A DNA stretch of 64,000 nt from Clostridia bacterium. GTDB taxonomy: Bacteria; Bacillota; Clostridia; Christensenellales; Aristaeellaceae. Location: assembly GCA_017427165.1 (NCBI GenBank), contig JAFRTK010000118.1:19903-83902 (forward strand), given 5' to 3'. Below the pieces are notes generated by a model that was given only the letters and a program-made list of their open reading frames with translations, searched no databases and was not told the DNA's origin. Shown here one piece after another: positions 50,241 through 60,503 of the stretch (position 1 is its first letter; each line of letters begins with the position of its first letter). The translations under genes and the position numbers were made by a program.

Positions 50241-51077
50241 TCAGTTCAGCTGTTCCGGTGCGGATGCAGTCCTGCGGCGTGCCTTTCGCGCTTTGATTTC
50301 CCGCTTTTTCCGGATCTTCCGGTTTTCCTCAATCTGGGTATGGATCCTCGTCCGTACATTTTTCCCGAACAGGAATCCGGTTCCGTATGAAACAACGGGT
50401 AAAAGCAGAAGAATCGGGCTGATCCGCTCAACGGTCAGCATCAGATCCTTATTGGCGGAACCAACCATGCTGACAAACGGCATAATGGTCACCCGCACAA
50501 TCATCCGGATGATATCCATGGATCTGATGGGATCTCCTTCTGTATAGGAAACCAGCGCACCGCCGATGTCGCTTCTCCGCAGGAGTGAACTTGTCCACCC
50601 CGGCAGCGTCCCGGCGGTAGTCATCTGCCGTTCCGTGCCGAACGCAAGTATCACCGCCGGGATAACAAACAGGATCATTCCGATCAGCGCGGTTACATAT
50701 CCCTTCAGCGGATGATAGCTCAGCCTTCGTTCGCTGGCTGTGATTTCCAGGCCTTTTTCCTGGCGCTGGTACAGGATTTCGCCCCGGGCTACAGCCTCAG
50801 CGCCGTGAGTCTGTCCCTGGTTGTAAAGGATGAAGAGCACCAGGAGGACTACTGCAGCGTTTGCGCCGACTCGCAGGAAACCGTTCCCGAAATTCATCAT
50901 GGTGCTGATAATAAAGCACATAATGATCATCAGCAGCATGCTCCCGAAGAACTTCAGCACCTTTTTGAGTGTATTCTCGTCCGTCACAGCTCCGGTCAGG
51001 TAGGGCTTTGTCACCGGATTCACCGGCTGTTTTTTCTTTACCGTCATCTGTGTTTCAGTCCTTTCCGTCTTCTTCAC
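50241..51077 (-). CDS. Hypothetical multi-pass membrane protein
   Basis: 4-5 hydrophobic segments and a basic C-tail; sits in the alr-rsmD run. Confidence 0.7.
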   Translation of the reverse strand: MKKTERTETQMTVKKKQPVNPVTKPYLTGAVTDENTLKKVLKFFGSMLLMIIMCFIISTMMNFGNGFLRVGANAAVVLLVLFILYNQGQTHGAEAVARGEILYQRQEKGLEITASERRLSYHPLKGYVTALIGMILFVIPAVILAFGTERQMTTAGTLPGWTSSLLRRSDIGGALVSYTEGDPIRSMDIIRMIVRVTIMPFVSMVGSANKDLMLTVERISPILLLLPVVSYGTGFLFGKNVRTRIHTQIEENRKIRKKREIKARKARRRTASAPEQLN

Positions 51078-52185
51078 TCATCCCGCTGCGGAACACGCGT
51101 TCTACGCGGTTGGCGGCGTCCACCAGGATTTCATAGCTGATTGTTCCGCTCCACTTTGCAAGATCCTCGGCCGTGATGCTCTCATTTCCGTCCGTCCCCA
51201 TCAGTACAGCCTCATCCTCAGCTTTCACATCATCTATGCCGCTGATGTCAGCCATCATCTGGTCCATACAGATCCTGCCCAGGATCGGTGCGCGCTTTCC
51301 GTGAATCAGCACCTCTGCCTTTCCGCTTGCAGCTCGGTGGTATCCGTCCGCATATCCGCATGTCACAGTAGCCACGCGGGTGTTCCTGTCTGTGCGGTAA
51401 GTTCTTCCGTAGCTGATATATGCCCCGGCAGGAAGCTCTTTGATATAGCTGATTTTGGCTGTCCACCGCATCGCAGGTTTCAGTCCGATATTGTCCTCGA
51501 CCGGCGGATACCCGTACAGGCTGATACCGGCGCGGACCATATCCATGGCCATATCCGGCCGGCGGTGGATTGTAGCGGAATTGGCACAATGCCGGATCAC
51601 ATCTTCCGGCAGTTCATCGGTCAGCTGCCGGAAGATCCGGAACTGTTCCTCTGTATATGCCATACCTTCGTCGTCCCCATCCGCGTCGCTCAGGTGCGTG
51701 AACACCCCAGTCAGTTTCACATGCGGACATTTCCCGATTTCAGCAAGCACCGCGTCACGTTCTTCGGTGTTCCTTACGCCGATGCGGCCCATACCGGTAT
51801 CCACCTTCAGGTGGACTTCCGCTGTTTTCCCCAGCGTTTTCCCGGCTTCTTCGCAGATCCGTACCATTTCAGGAGTGCATACTGTCTGGATAAGCCCATG
51901 TTCAACACCGTCGGATGCGTCAATATCGAGCACGGCACCCAGCACCAGGATCGGTGCGCTGATTCCTGCCTCCCGAAGGGATACGCCTTCACCTACAGAC
52001 GCGACAGCCAGCATATCGGCTCCGCCGGCCAGGGCTGCCCGGCTTGTTTCAGCCGCGCCGTGACCGTACCCGTCTGCTTTGACAACCGCCAGCACTTTTA
52101 CGCCGCCGGGCACGCTGCCGCGGATTTTTTTCATGTTTTCCTGCAGGATATCTGTACGGATTTCTCTTCTGTTCCGGGGAATCAT
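51055..52185 (-). CDS. alr: Alanine racemase
   Basis: AVVKADGYGHG, KVDTGMGR, HCANSA, SYG, GYADG, GRICMD. Confidence 0.97.
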   Translation of the reverse strand: MIPRNRREIRTDILQENMKKIRGSVPGGVKVLAVVKADGYGHGAAETSRAALAGGADMLAVASVGEGVSLREAGISAPILVLGAVLDIDASDGVEHGLIQTVCTPEMVRICEEAGKTLGKTAEVHLKVDTGMGRIGVRNTEERDAVLAEIGKCPHVKLTGVFTHLSDADGDDEGMAYTEEQFRIFRQLTDELPEDVIRHCANSATIHRRPDMAMDMVRAGISLYGYPPVEDNIGLKPAMRWTAKISYIKELPAGAYISYGRTYRTDRNTRVATVTCGYADGYHRAASGKAEVLIHGKRAPILGRICMDQMMADISGIDDVKAEDEAVLMGTDGNESITAEDLAKWSGTISYEILVDAANRVERVFRSGMSEEDGKD

Positions 52186-53588
52186 TTTTTCTCCCCCTTT
52201 TCCGTTTCATGCCGGTGGATCTGGACATTGAGCAGGTTGATATCCCCGCACCCCATCGTCAGCACCAGGTCTCCGGCCTGCCAGTTTTCCCGCAGGTATT
52301 TTTCCGTATCATCAAATGTGGGCGTCCAGTGTGCGTCAATCCCGTTTCTGACCATCCCGTCTACCAGCATCCCGCTGTTCAGGTCCCCGGGGTCCTTTTC
52401 CCTCGCGGCGCAGATATCGGTAACCAGTGTAATATCCGCCGTCTCTGTACAGGTCAGGTAATCATTGAACAGGTTCCGGACCCGGCTGAATGTGTGGGGC
52501 TGCATGACCGCCCAGAGGCGGCCTTTGCAGCGTTTTCTTGCAATGCTCAGCGCATTCCTCATTTCAGCCGGATTGTGGCCGTAGTCGTGGAATATTTCCA
52601 CACCGTCAATCTCATCCGTCAGTTCAAACCGCCGGTGGGCGCCGGTAAAGTGTTCCAGGCTGGCGGCCGCTTTCACGGGTTCCACGCCCAGCGCGTCGGC
52701 AGCGGCCATGGCGGCCATGGCGTTCATCACGTTGAAATCTCCGGGAACTCCCATTTTCATCCGGACTGTTTCCTGTTCCCGGTGCATGAGGCTGAACGTT
52801 GCGTATCCGCGGTCGTCCTCCTCTTTTCGTTCCGGATGCCATTCATTCCGGGAGTCAAATCCGAAAAAGATTTTCCGGCAGTCCAGCTTTTCAATCTGCC
52901 GGCGCACCCTGGGATCGTCCCCGTTTCCGATGGCGATTCCGTTCTCCGGAAGCGCGCTCAGGAACTGACCGAATGTTTCTTCAATTTCATCAATATCCCG
53001 ATAGCAGTCCAGGTGGTCAGCATCGATGTTCAGCACCACAGCCACCGTCGGGCTGATCTGCAGGAAACTCCGGTTGAATTCACATGCTTCCGCCACAAAA
53101 ATGTCGCTGTGACCGATATGCACGCTTCCGCCGATGGCATCCAAACGTCCTCCGATATGAATGCTTGGGTCTTTTCCGTTCTCAAGGAGTATCTGGCTCA
53201 GCATGCTTGTAACAGTTGTTTTTCCGTGTGCCCCGCAAATGCCGACTGCCTTCGGATACCCTTCCATCAGCTGTCCGAGCAGGTATGCCCGTTCCAGCGA
53301 AGGAATCCCGAGCCTGTCTGCTTCAGCCCGTTCGGGATTGTCTTTCGCGATCGCTGCGGAATACACCACCAGATCCGCCCCGTGCACGTTTTCCGGACGC
53401 TGGCCGATCATCACTTCACCGCCCGCTTCCCGGACATGGTGGATCAGGTATCCTTCATCCCGGTCGCTTCCGGTTACCCGGTACCCCTGCTCAATCAGCA
53501 TTTCGGCAAGGCCGCTCATACTGCTCCCGCCGATACCGATCATATGGATCCGTTTGCCTGCAAAATCCCTGATATGCGGTGTATTCAT
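52182..53588 (-). CDS. murC: UDP-N-acetylmuramate--L-alanine ligase
   Basis: IGIGGSSMS, GAHGKTT, EACE, DHLD, DYGHNP, QPH; alternative start at 53621. Confidence 0.96.
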   Translation of the reverse strand: MNTPHIRDFAGKRIHMIGIGGSSMSGLAEMLIEQGYRVTGSDRDEGYLIHHVREAGGEVMIGQRPENVHGADLVVYSAAIAKDNPERAEADRLGIPSLERAYLLGQLMEGYPKAVGICGAHGKTTVTSMLSQILLENGKDPSIHIGGRLDAIGGSVHIGHSDIFVAEACEFNRSFLQISPTVAVVLNIDADHLDCYRDIDEIEETFGQFLSALPENGIAIGNGDDPRVRRQIEKLDCRKIFFGFDSRNEWHPERKEEDDRGYATFSLMHREQETVRMKMGVPGDFNVMNAMAAMAAADALGVEPVKAAASLEHFTGAHRRFELTDEIDGVEIFHDYGHNPAEMRNALSIARKRCKGRLWAVMQPHTFSRVRNLFNDYLTCTETADITLVTDICAAREKDPGDLNSGMLVDGMVRNGIDAHWTPTFDDTEKYLRENWQAGDLVLTMGCGDINLLNVQIHRHETEKGEKK

Positions 53589-53613
53589 TGTGCTCACTTC
53601 CGTAATGGAATTT

Positions 53614-53901
53614 TTACTCAATTACAATCCGGGGGTTCTCCCGGCTGGGGCGGTACATCACAAACCGCCGGCCGATCTGCTGGATCGGTTCCGCGCCGGT
53701 CCTTTCGCACAGTTCCGTCAGGGCTTCCCTCGCGGTCAGCGGAGCTCCCTGCTGCACGCATCCCTTGATCAGCTCACGCGCTTCCAGCGCGTCATATGCC
53801 TCCTTGATGGTATTGTCTGTAATCCCATCCTTGCCGATATAAAGAATGGTCTCAAGGGTATTGGCCATTCCCCGCAGCATTGCCCGTTGTTTGCCGGTCA
53901 T
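53614..53901 (-). CDS. yhbY: YhbY RNA-binding (CRM) protein
   Basis: MTGKQRAMLR, IGKDG, RELIK, QQIGR. Confidence 0.92.
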   Translation of the reverse strand: MTGKQRAMLRGMANTLETILYIGKDGITDNTIKEAYDALEARELIKGCVQQGAPLTAREALTELCERTGAEPIQQIGRRFVMYRPSRENPRIVIE

Positions 53902-53923
53902 ATTGTTCCCTCCGTTCTTCCGG

Positions 53924-55195
53924 TTACTCGACAAAATCAAATTCCATTTCCCCGATCCGCACGGTGGATCCTTCACCGGCTCCCTGTTCCCGGAGTGCGT
54001 CGATTACGCCGATTCGCCGCAATGTCCGGTGAAACCAGTTCAGGCTTTCAAGGTCGTCGAAATTTACGCTTTCCATCAGGCGCTCGATGCCGGCACCGGT
54101 TACCACATAGTCCTCACCGTCTCGTTCAATGGTGAAGTCATTTGTCAGCTTCTGTTCGGGTTCTTCCTCTTCCTCTTCCGCGTAATGCAGGATCGGCGGA
54201 AGTGTCTCCAGCATTTTTGCGGTTTCGTCCAGAAGGGGTTCAAAACCTTCCCTGGTTGCAGCGCTCACCGGGAACACAGGACATCCCATGCCTTCCGCCA
54301 GCACCTTCATGCGTTTCAGGTTCTCCTCGGCACCCGGCAGGTCCATTTTGTTGCACACAATAATCTGTGGCAGTTCGCCCAGGTTCCCGTAGTTGTCCAG
54401 CTCAGTATTGATCTGGTCCAGGTCGTCAATCGGATCGCGCCCTTCGCTTCCCGAAATATCCACCACATGCAGCAGCAGGCGTGTCCGTTCAACATGCCGG
54501 AGGAAATCATGGCCGAGTCCGGCCCCGTCTGCCGCGCCTTCGATCAGGCCCGGGATATCAGCCAGCACAATATCTTTTCCGTACCGCCGTACAATGCCCA
54601 GGTTAGGCGTCAGGGTGGTAAAATGATAATTCCCGACCTTCGGCTTTGCACTGGTCACAGTACTCAGGATGGAGCTTTTTCCGACATTCGGGTATCCGAC
54701 CAGTCCGACATCTGCGATGGTTTTCAGTTCCATCTTCAGTGTCCGGATTTCAGTCTTGATTCCGGGCTTTGCAAAATTCGGTGCCTGCCGGGTGGCAGTG
54801 GCAAAATGCTGGTTCCCCCAGCCTCCCTTACCGCCTTTCAGCAGGGTCCGGGTTTCCCCGGGAGTATCCATATCGGCCATAACCCGTCCTGTCTCATCGT
54901 CCCGGATGACTGTGCCGACCGGTACTTTGATCACCAGGTTTTCTCCCCGTTTTCCCGTGCACCGGTTGGCGCTTCCGTCCCCGCCGTTTTCCGCCGTATA
55001 TTTGCTCCGGAACCGGAAATCAAGCAGGGTATGCATATTCTCATCTGCGTAGAACTGGATGTCTCCGCCGTTTCCGCCGTCTCCGCCGTCCGGTCCGCCG
55101 TTCATGACATACTTTTCCCGGTGGAAGGATGCAGATCCGTTGCCGCCGTTGCCGGCTTTTGCCGTTATCTTTACCTGATCAACAAAATTGCTCAT
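53924..55195 (-). CDS. obgE: GTPase ObgE
   Basis: Gly-rich Obg fold, GYPNVGKS, DIPG, NKMD, C-terminal OCT domain. Confidence 0.98.
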   Translation of the reverse strand: MSNFVDQVKITAKAGNGGNGSASFHREKYVMNGGPDGGDGGNGGDIQFYADENMHTLLDFRFRSKYTAENGGDGSANRCTGKRGENLVIKVPVGTVIRDDETGRVMADMDTPGETRTLLKGGKGGWGNQHFATATRQAPNFAKPGIKTEIRTLKMELKTIADVGLVGYPNVGKSSILSTVTSAKPKVGNYHFTTLTPNLGIVRRYGKDIVLADIPGLIEGAADGAGLGHDFLRHVERTRLLLHVVDISGSEGRDPIDDLDQINTELDNYGNLGELPQIIVCNKMDLPGAEENLKRMKVLAEGMGCPVFPVSAATREGFEPLLDETAKMLETLPPILHYAEEEEEEPEQKLTNDFTIERDGEDYVVTGAGIERLMESVNFDDLESLNWFHRTLRRIGVIDALREQGAGEGSTVRIGEMEFDFVE

Positions 55196-55205
55196 ATTCT
55201 CCTCA

Positions 55206-56552
55206 TCAGTTCCTCAGAGAGTGAAGCGGCGCCGGAATCCGGCCGCCCCTGGCGATAAATTCGTCGTTCCGCATCGGATTCACAGGCATGACCGGTGCAA
55301 AGCCCAGCAGCCCGCCGAATTCCACACGGTCGCCGGCCTTCTTGCCGACGGCCGGAATCACACGTACAGCGGTTGTTTTGTTGTTCACCATTCCGATGGC
55401 TGCCTCATCCGCGATAATTCCGCTGATAGCGGCTGCTGATGTATCTCCGGGAATGGCGATCATGTCCAGCCCCACGGAACACACGCATGTCATTGCTTCC
55501 AGCTTCTCCAGCGTCAGTGCGCCGGCGGCGGCAGCCTCAATCATGCCGATATCCTCGCTTACCGGAATAAACGCACCGCTCAGGCCTCCCACATGGTTGC
55601 TGGCCATCACGCCGCCCTTTTTCACGGCGTCATTCAGCAATGCGAGTGCTGCGGTTGTACCGGGTGCGCCGGCCATTTCCAGGCCCATCTCCATCAGGAT
55701 ATGCGCCACAGAGTCTCCCCGTGCCGGAGTGGGTGCAAGGCTCAGGTCCACAATTCCGAAGGGAATTCCCAGCCGCTGGCTGGCTTCACGGGCAACCAGC
55801 TGCCCGACACGCGTAATCTTGAATGCGGTGCGTTTGATGGTTTCAGCAATTACGTCAAACGGCTGTCCCTTCACACTTTCCAGGGCGACTTTCACAACAC
55901 CGGGCCCGGAGACGCCGACATTGATCGCGCATTCCGGTTCGCCCGGTCCGCAGAAAGCGCCGGCCATAAATGGGTTATCTTCCACCGCGTTGGCGAACAC
56001 GACCAGCTTTGCACATCCGAGTCCGTCGCTGTCTGCAGTCATTTCAGCGGTTTTCTTGATGATTTCTCCCATTTCCCTCACGGCATTCATGTTGATGCCG
56101 CTCCGGGTGGATGCCACATTGACGCTTGAGCACAGGAGCTTTGTCTCACTCAGCACCTCCGGAATGGAGGCAAGCAGCCGTTCATCGGCCTTTGTGGCGC
56201 CCTTGTGCATCAGTGCGGAATACCCGCCCAGGAAATTGACCCCGACTTCAGCCGCTGCACGGTCGAGCGCGAAAGCGATCGGTCTTGGGTCTCCCTGGCA
56301 GATCATGCTGACCGGAGTAACACTGATGCGCTTGTTGACAATTGGAATTCCGAATTCGGTTTCAATGTCTTCGCCGGTGCGTACCAGTTTCCGGGCAGTT
56401 TTGCAGATTTTTTCATACACCCGCTCCGCGCATTTCGCCGGATCCGGGTCGGAACAGTCCAGCAGGTTGATTCCCAGTGTAATTGTACGGATGTCAAAAT
56501 TTTCCTCCTGGATCATCCGCATGGTCTGGAGAATCTCTCCGGTCTCAATCAT
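55206..56552 (-). CDS. UPF0210 / DUF711 (PFL-like fold) protein
   Basis: [47 protein letters not shown]. Confidence 0.92.
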   Translation of the reverse strand: MIETGEILQTMRMIQEENFDIRTITLGINLLDCSDPDPAKCAERVYEKICKTARKLVRTGEDIETEFGIPIVNKRISVTPVSMICQGDPRPIAFALDRAAAEVGVNFLGGYSALMHKGATKADERLLASIPEVLSETKLLCSSVNVASTRSGINMNAVREMGEIIKKTAEMTADSDGLGCAKLVVFANAVEDNPFMAGAFCGPGEPECAINVGVSGPGVVKVALESVKGQPFDVIAETIKRTAFKITRVGQLVAREASQRLGIPFGIVDLSLAPTPARGDSVAHILMEMGLEMAGAPGTTAALALLNDAVKKGGVMASNHVGGLSGAFIPVSEDIGMIEAAAAGALTLEKLEAMTCVCSVGLDMIAIPGDTSAAAISGIIADEAAIGMVNNKTTAVRVIPAVGKKAGDRVEFGGLLGFAPVMPVNPMRNDEFIARGGRIPAPLHSLRN

Positions 56553-56567
56553 GGTATCCGCCTCCTG

Positions 56568-56840
56568 TCAGATCCGGTGCATAGCATCGAATATATCCAT
56601 TCGTTGCATATGGATCGTCATTTTCTTCTCATCCCGAACAGGCTGCAGGCGGCGGTTGATTTCCTCAAAATCCAGGTTGGCTCCGTCCAGGTCCACGATC
56701 ATCATCATGGTGAAATAACCGTCGAGGATTGTCTGGGTAATATCCAGGATGTTGATGTTCATTTCGCTCAGGCGCGTAGCGACGCTGGCAATAATGCCTG
56801 TCGTATCCAGCCCGGTTACGGAGATCAGTGCTTTGGTCAT
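56568..56840 (-). CDS. ACT domain protein (UPF0237)
   Basis: VTGLDTTGIIA, NILDITQT, IFDAMHRI; the usual partner of DUF711. Confidence 0.92.
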   Translation of the reverse strand: MTKALISVTGLDTTGIIASVATRLSEMNINILDITQTILDGYFTMMMIVDLDGANLDFEEINRRLQPVRDEKKMTIHMQRMDIFDAMHRI

Positions 56841-56876
56841 TTCGGTGTTCCTCCGGCATACATGTATATTCAGTAT

Positions 56877-56906
56877 ATTATATTTCTTTATCTTATGCTT
56901 TGTCAA
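56877..56906 (-). promoter_or_regulatory. Consensus sigma-A promoter upstream of the ACT-DUF711-obgE gene run
   Basis: TTGACA-N18-TATAAT. Confidence 0.8.
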
Positions 56907-57011
56907 TTTTACAAACGATTTCAGAAGACTGGTTTTTCATTCCGGGGATGTGCATTCCGGCTGTTTTTTCCAGGAAATGATGCCGGAATCCGTTTGGACT
57001 GTTCTGAACAT

Positions 57012-57044
57012 AAAAAAGGGACCGTCCTGTAATGACCGGTCCCC
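57012..57044 (-). terminator. Probable terminator
   Basis: Minus strand GGGACCGGTC...GACGGTCCC followed by T6. Confidence 0.55.
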
Positions 57045-57064
57045 TGCGATGCGTGTAAATCTCT

Positions 57065-58414
57065 TTATTTATTCAGGATAAATTCCGCGATATCCGCGGT
57101 TACATTCCCGCTGACATGACCGTTTCGGGTATAAGCCGCCGGTCCTTCTGCTTTCTTCCCTTCCGTGAATGTATGAACCAGGCCGGGATAGGATTTGAAA
57201 ATCCAGTTGTCCATTCCTTCGGTCGCGTTCCGGAAAAGTTGGTAATCCTCCATGGTCACCTGGTAATCCTCTTCGCCCTGCAGAAGCAGGCATGGAACGT
57301 CAATATCCGCGGCCAGGCTGACAGCGTCATATCCGATCAGCCATTTCCAGTATTCTGCGTAAGCTCCTGCTATGACATCTTCTTCCTTCAGCGCGTCAGG
57401 ATTTTCCAGCCTGTCCAGGTCTGCAAACACTGCTTCCCGCTCGGATTCAGCTTCGGGCATCAGCGCTGCCAGGAAATCATACTGATCCCGGATAATTTCA
57501 TCCAGCCGCCGCGCGCCGGGTGCCATCAGGATATATCCCCGCGCATGTACGGGTTTGCTTTTCAGTTCAAGATCGATGGCCGGAATGGCGGTTCCGCCGA
57601 GACTGTGTCCCAGTACAAAAATCCGTTCCGGATCGATTTTCTCCTGTCCCGCCAGCATCTGCACGGCCCGTGCGGCATCCACCACGGATTCATCCATCAG
57701 GGTGGCACTCCTGTCGGCAGCCATGATTCCTCCATATACCAGGGTGCGCTTCTCAAACCGGTATACGGCAATTCCCTTCCCGGCAAGGTCTTCCGCAATA
57801 TCCCGGAAAGGTTTCAGCATGCCGATACTTTCATCCCGGTCGCTCGGACCGCTTCCGTGGACCAGCACCACAGCCGGGAAGGGACCTTCGCCTTCCGGTA
57901 TGGTCAGTGTTCCGGGCAGTTCTCCGTTCAGTTCCTCGACCGGAAGCGCCAGCTGCAGTTCTGTATAATTTTTGGTTTCCGCACTTTCTGCCTGTTCCGG
58001 ACCTGTATACAGGTCGATCACAAGTCCATCGATTGCTCCCTCATCGTCCGGGATCAGTACAATATCCCGTTCTGCCAGCGCGAACCGGCATGGAACACGG
58101 AATGATTTCATTCCCGCTGTTTTTCCTTCATAAGCCGGGCTGATCTCACCGGCTTTTCCCAAAGCAGCCAGTTGCTGCGCCAATACTCTGAATCCGCCGT
58201 TTTCAGTTATTGCCTGTTCCATCCGTGCGCTTAGCAGGTATTCTCCGTCCAGCGCCGCAGGGTCTTCCCCCAGAAGGGTACAAACAAATAGTTCAGCTTC
58301 TTCCGGGGTGTCGATCCGTTTTTTTCCTTCTGCTTTTTCCCCGGCTGCAGGAACCGCCGCCGCGCAGAGCACTGCGCAGAGCACCACGATACCGATCCGT
58401 TTTATATAACTCAT
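57065..58414 (-). CDS. Secreted alpha/beta hydrolase (DUF3887-associated esterase type)
   Basis: Signal peptide, HGSGPSDRD, GHSLG nucleophile elbow, QGEEDYQV, His in GLVH. Confidence 0.85.
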   Translation of the reverse strand: MSYIKRIGIVVLCAVLCAAAVPAAGEKAEGKKRIDTPEEAELFVCTLLGEDPAALDGEYLLSARMEQAITENGGFRVLAQQLAALGKAGEISPAYEGKTAGMKSFRVPCRFALAERDIVLIPDDEGAIDGLVIDLYTGPEQAESAETKNYTELQLALPVEELNGELPGTLTIPEGEGPFPAVVLVHGSGPSDRDESIGMLKPFRDIAEDLAGKGIAVYRFEKRTLVYGGIMAADRSATLMDESVVDAARAVQMLAGQEKIDPERIFVLGHSLGGTAIPAIDLELKSKPVHARGYILMAPGARRLDEIIRDQYDFLAALMPEAESEREAVFADLDRLENPDALKEEDVIAGAYAEYWKWLIGYDAVSLAADIDVPCLLLQGEEDYQVTMEDYQLFRNATEGMDNWIFKSYPGLVHTFTEGKKAEGPAAYTRNGHVSGNVTADIAEFILNK

Positions 58415-58432
58415 ATCTGCTGACCTCCATGT

Positions 58433-58582
58433 TTATTTTGTGCGTTCATAAGTGACAATAATGCCGAATCCGCCCGCCTGGTTCGGGCAGACCGAAATGA
58501 CGCGCCATCCTTCATGCGCCATCCGGTTCATTTCATCTTCTGCTTTCCGGACAGCATACAATTCAATGCGGTACTCAAACAT
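58433..58582 (-). CDS. Small DUF4177-like protein (49 aa)
   Basis: GGAGG RBS; MFEY...MNRMAHEGWRVISV...TYER pattern. Confidence 0.7.
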   Translation of the reverse strand: MFEYRIELYAVRKAEDEMNRMAHEGWRVISVCPNQAGGFGIIVTYERTK

Positions 58583-58814
58583 GTATGATTCCTCCTGTCT
58601 GTATTCCTGTGCTGCGTTTTCCGGTACATTTTCTATTATATTGATTTGTTTGCAGGAAAAAAGGTCGGAAAATGCAAAATACGGAATTCTATTTCTCTTT
58701 GTCCTGCATGGCCGGAAGCTCCGGATACCGGGGGTCATGTCATTATAACTTTCTTTTCGTTCTGTTTTATGTTATTATTAGTGGGTTATTTTGTTCCCTG
58801 CAGGAGGTTCGATT

Positions 58815-59384
58815 GTGGAAACAGTAATCCTTGCTTCCGCTTCTCCGCGCCGCAGTGAGCTGCTCTCTCTGGCCGGCATCCCGTTTGAAATATGTACTGC
58901 CCGTGTGGATGAACAATGCGCCGAGCCGGCCGCGTCTGCCGTGCGGATCCTGTCCGCCCGCAAAGCCCTGGCTGTCAGCGGCAAAATTGCCGGACGGTAT
59001 ATTCTCGCCGCAGATACCCTTGTGGAGCTGAATGGCGTAACTCTTGGCAAACCAGCCGGTCCCGAAGAAGCTTCCGCAATGCTGCGCCGCCTTTCCGGAA
59101 ACACCCATCAGGTTCATACCGGCGTAACCGTAGTAAATCCGGCCGGTGTGATCTATACGGATGGGGATACCTCGTCCGTCACCTTTGATGACATCCCTGA
59201 TGCGGAGATTGAAGCCTATGTCGCTTCCGGCGAGCCGCTTGACAAGGCCGGTTCATATGCAATACAGGGGCGTGCATCGCTGTGGATCAGTCATATGGAA
59301 GGCAGTTATTCTTCCGTGATCGGTCTTCCGCTGCACCTGGTCCGTTCCCTGCTGATCCGAGCCGGCTATCCCTGGTTTTCCTGA
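58815..59384 (+). CDS. maf: Maf nucleoside triphosphate pyrophosphatase
   Basis: ILASASPRR, AADT, LGKP, DKAGSY; AGGAGG RBS and GTG start. Confidence 0.95.
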   Translation: METVILASASPRRSELLSLAGIPFEICTARVDEQCAEPAASAVRILSARKALAVSGKIAGRYILAADTLVELNGVTLGKPAGPEEASAMLRRLSGNTHQVHTGVTVVNPAGVIYTDGDTSSVTFDDIPDAEIEAYVASGEPLDKAGSYAIQGRASLWISHMEGSYSSVIGLPLHLVRSLLIRAGYPWFS

Positions 59385-59424
59385 ATTCCCCGGTTGATTT
59401 GATTGATTAAGGAGATTGTCGTCT

Positions 59425-60447
59425 ATGCCATTCTGGGCTCCTGACATCGGTATTGATCTGGGTACAGATCAGGTTCATCTGTACGTTCGCGGCCGTGGTA
59501 TTGTGATTTCTGAGCCTTCTCTTGTCGTGCTGGACAGGGAAAGCCGGCATACAGTCCGGGCTGTAGGCGACGAGGCTGCATTTCTTCTGGGCCGTTCTCC
59601 GGACCGGCTGAGTCCCGTCTGGCCGATCCGTAACGGGCAGGTGGCGGATTTTGACGTTGCAGAACTGATGCTCCGTTATTTTGTCCGGAAAGCTATCGGC
59701 GTTTCTTACGTCGGCAAACCCCGTGTGATTGTTTCCGTCCCCTGTAATTTGGATGACGTAAACCGGAAGGCACTTTCCGAAGCGGTGCGTTTTGCTGCCG
59801 GATCCCGCCATGTTTTCCTGATTGAGAAACCTTTTGCGGCCGCCATCGGTACCGGCCTGCCGGTTTATGATCCGATCGGCAACCTCGTCGTGGATATTGG
59901 TGCCGGTACCACGGATGTCGCTGTTATTTCCCTCGGCGGCCTTGTCGTTTCCCAGAGCATCCAGGTTGGCGGCAGCAAGATGGATGAAGCAATTGTGGAT
60001 TACCTCCGCAAGGAATGCAGCCTGCTGGTCAGCCGGCAGACTGCGGAGAACATCAAGAAAGATCTTGCCGCAGCGCTTCCGCTTGAGGAGCCCCGGACTG
60101 TACTTGTCCGCGGAATCAACCAGCTGAGCACCTCAGCCGGTACTGTCAATTTCACCTCGGACCAGGCATACAACGCCGTCAAAGGGCCCTGCGGTGCCAT
60201 TGTCAAAGCCATTCGCTGGGTCCTGGAACGTACGCCCCCTGAGCTTGCTGCTGACATCATGCGCGGCGGCATTCACCTGACAGGTGATGCTTCCCGCCTT
60301 TTTGCCCTGGACCGTTTTATTTCGGAAAGCCTGGGCATCCCCGTCCTTCTTGCGCGTGATCCGGGTGACTGCTGTATCCTGGGAATCGGATACCTCACTG
60401 AAAACATCCAGCTGGTTTCGCCAAACGGAAAAAACAACGCGCATTAA
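59425..60447 (+). CDS. mreB: Rod shape-determining protein MreB (divergent)
   Basis: GIDLGT, SEPS, VDIGAGTT, ISLGG, LERTPPELAADI; operon context. Confidence 0.9.
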   Translation: MPFWAPDIGIDLGTDQVHLYVRGRGIVISEPSLVVLDRESRHTVRAVGDEAAFLLGRSPDRLSPVWPIRNGQVADFDVAELMLRYFVRKAIGVSYVGKPRVIVSVPCNLDDVNRKALSEAVRFAAGSRHVFLIEKPFAAAIGTGLPVYDPIGNLVVDIGAGTTDVAVISLGGLVVSQSIQVGGSKMDEAIVDYLRKECSLLVSRQTAENIKKDLAAALPLEEPRTVLVRGINQLSTSAGTVNFTSDQAYNAVKGPCGAIVKAIRWVLERTPPELAADIMRGGIHLTGDASRLFALDRFISESLGIPVLLARDPGDCCILGIGYLTENIQLVSPNGKNNAH

Positions 60448-60503
60448 GCCTCTGATTAAACAGCTGATTCCTGCCGATACATGCCGGGAAGGAGGTGACC
60501 CCC

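Noticed and set aside
47280-56718. Long plus-strand ORFs opposite msmX, alr, murC, obgE and DUF711
   Set aside because: Antisense shadows of conserved genes.
59384-59425. Absence of radC between maf and mreB
   Set aside because: Variable across Bacillota and not informative alone.
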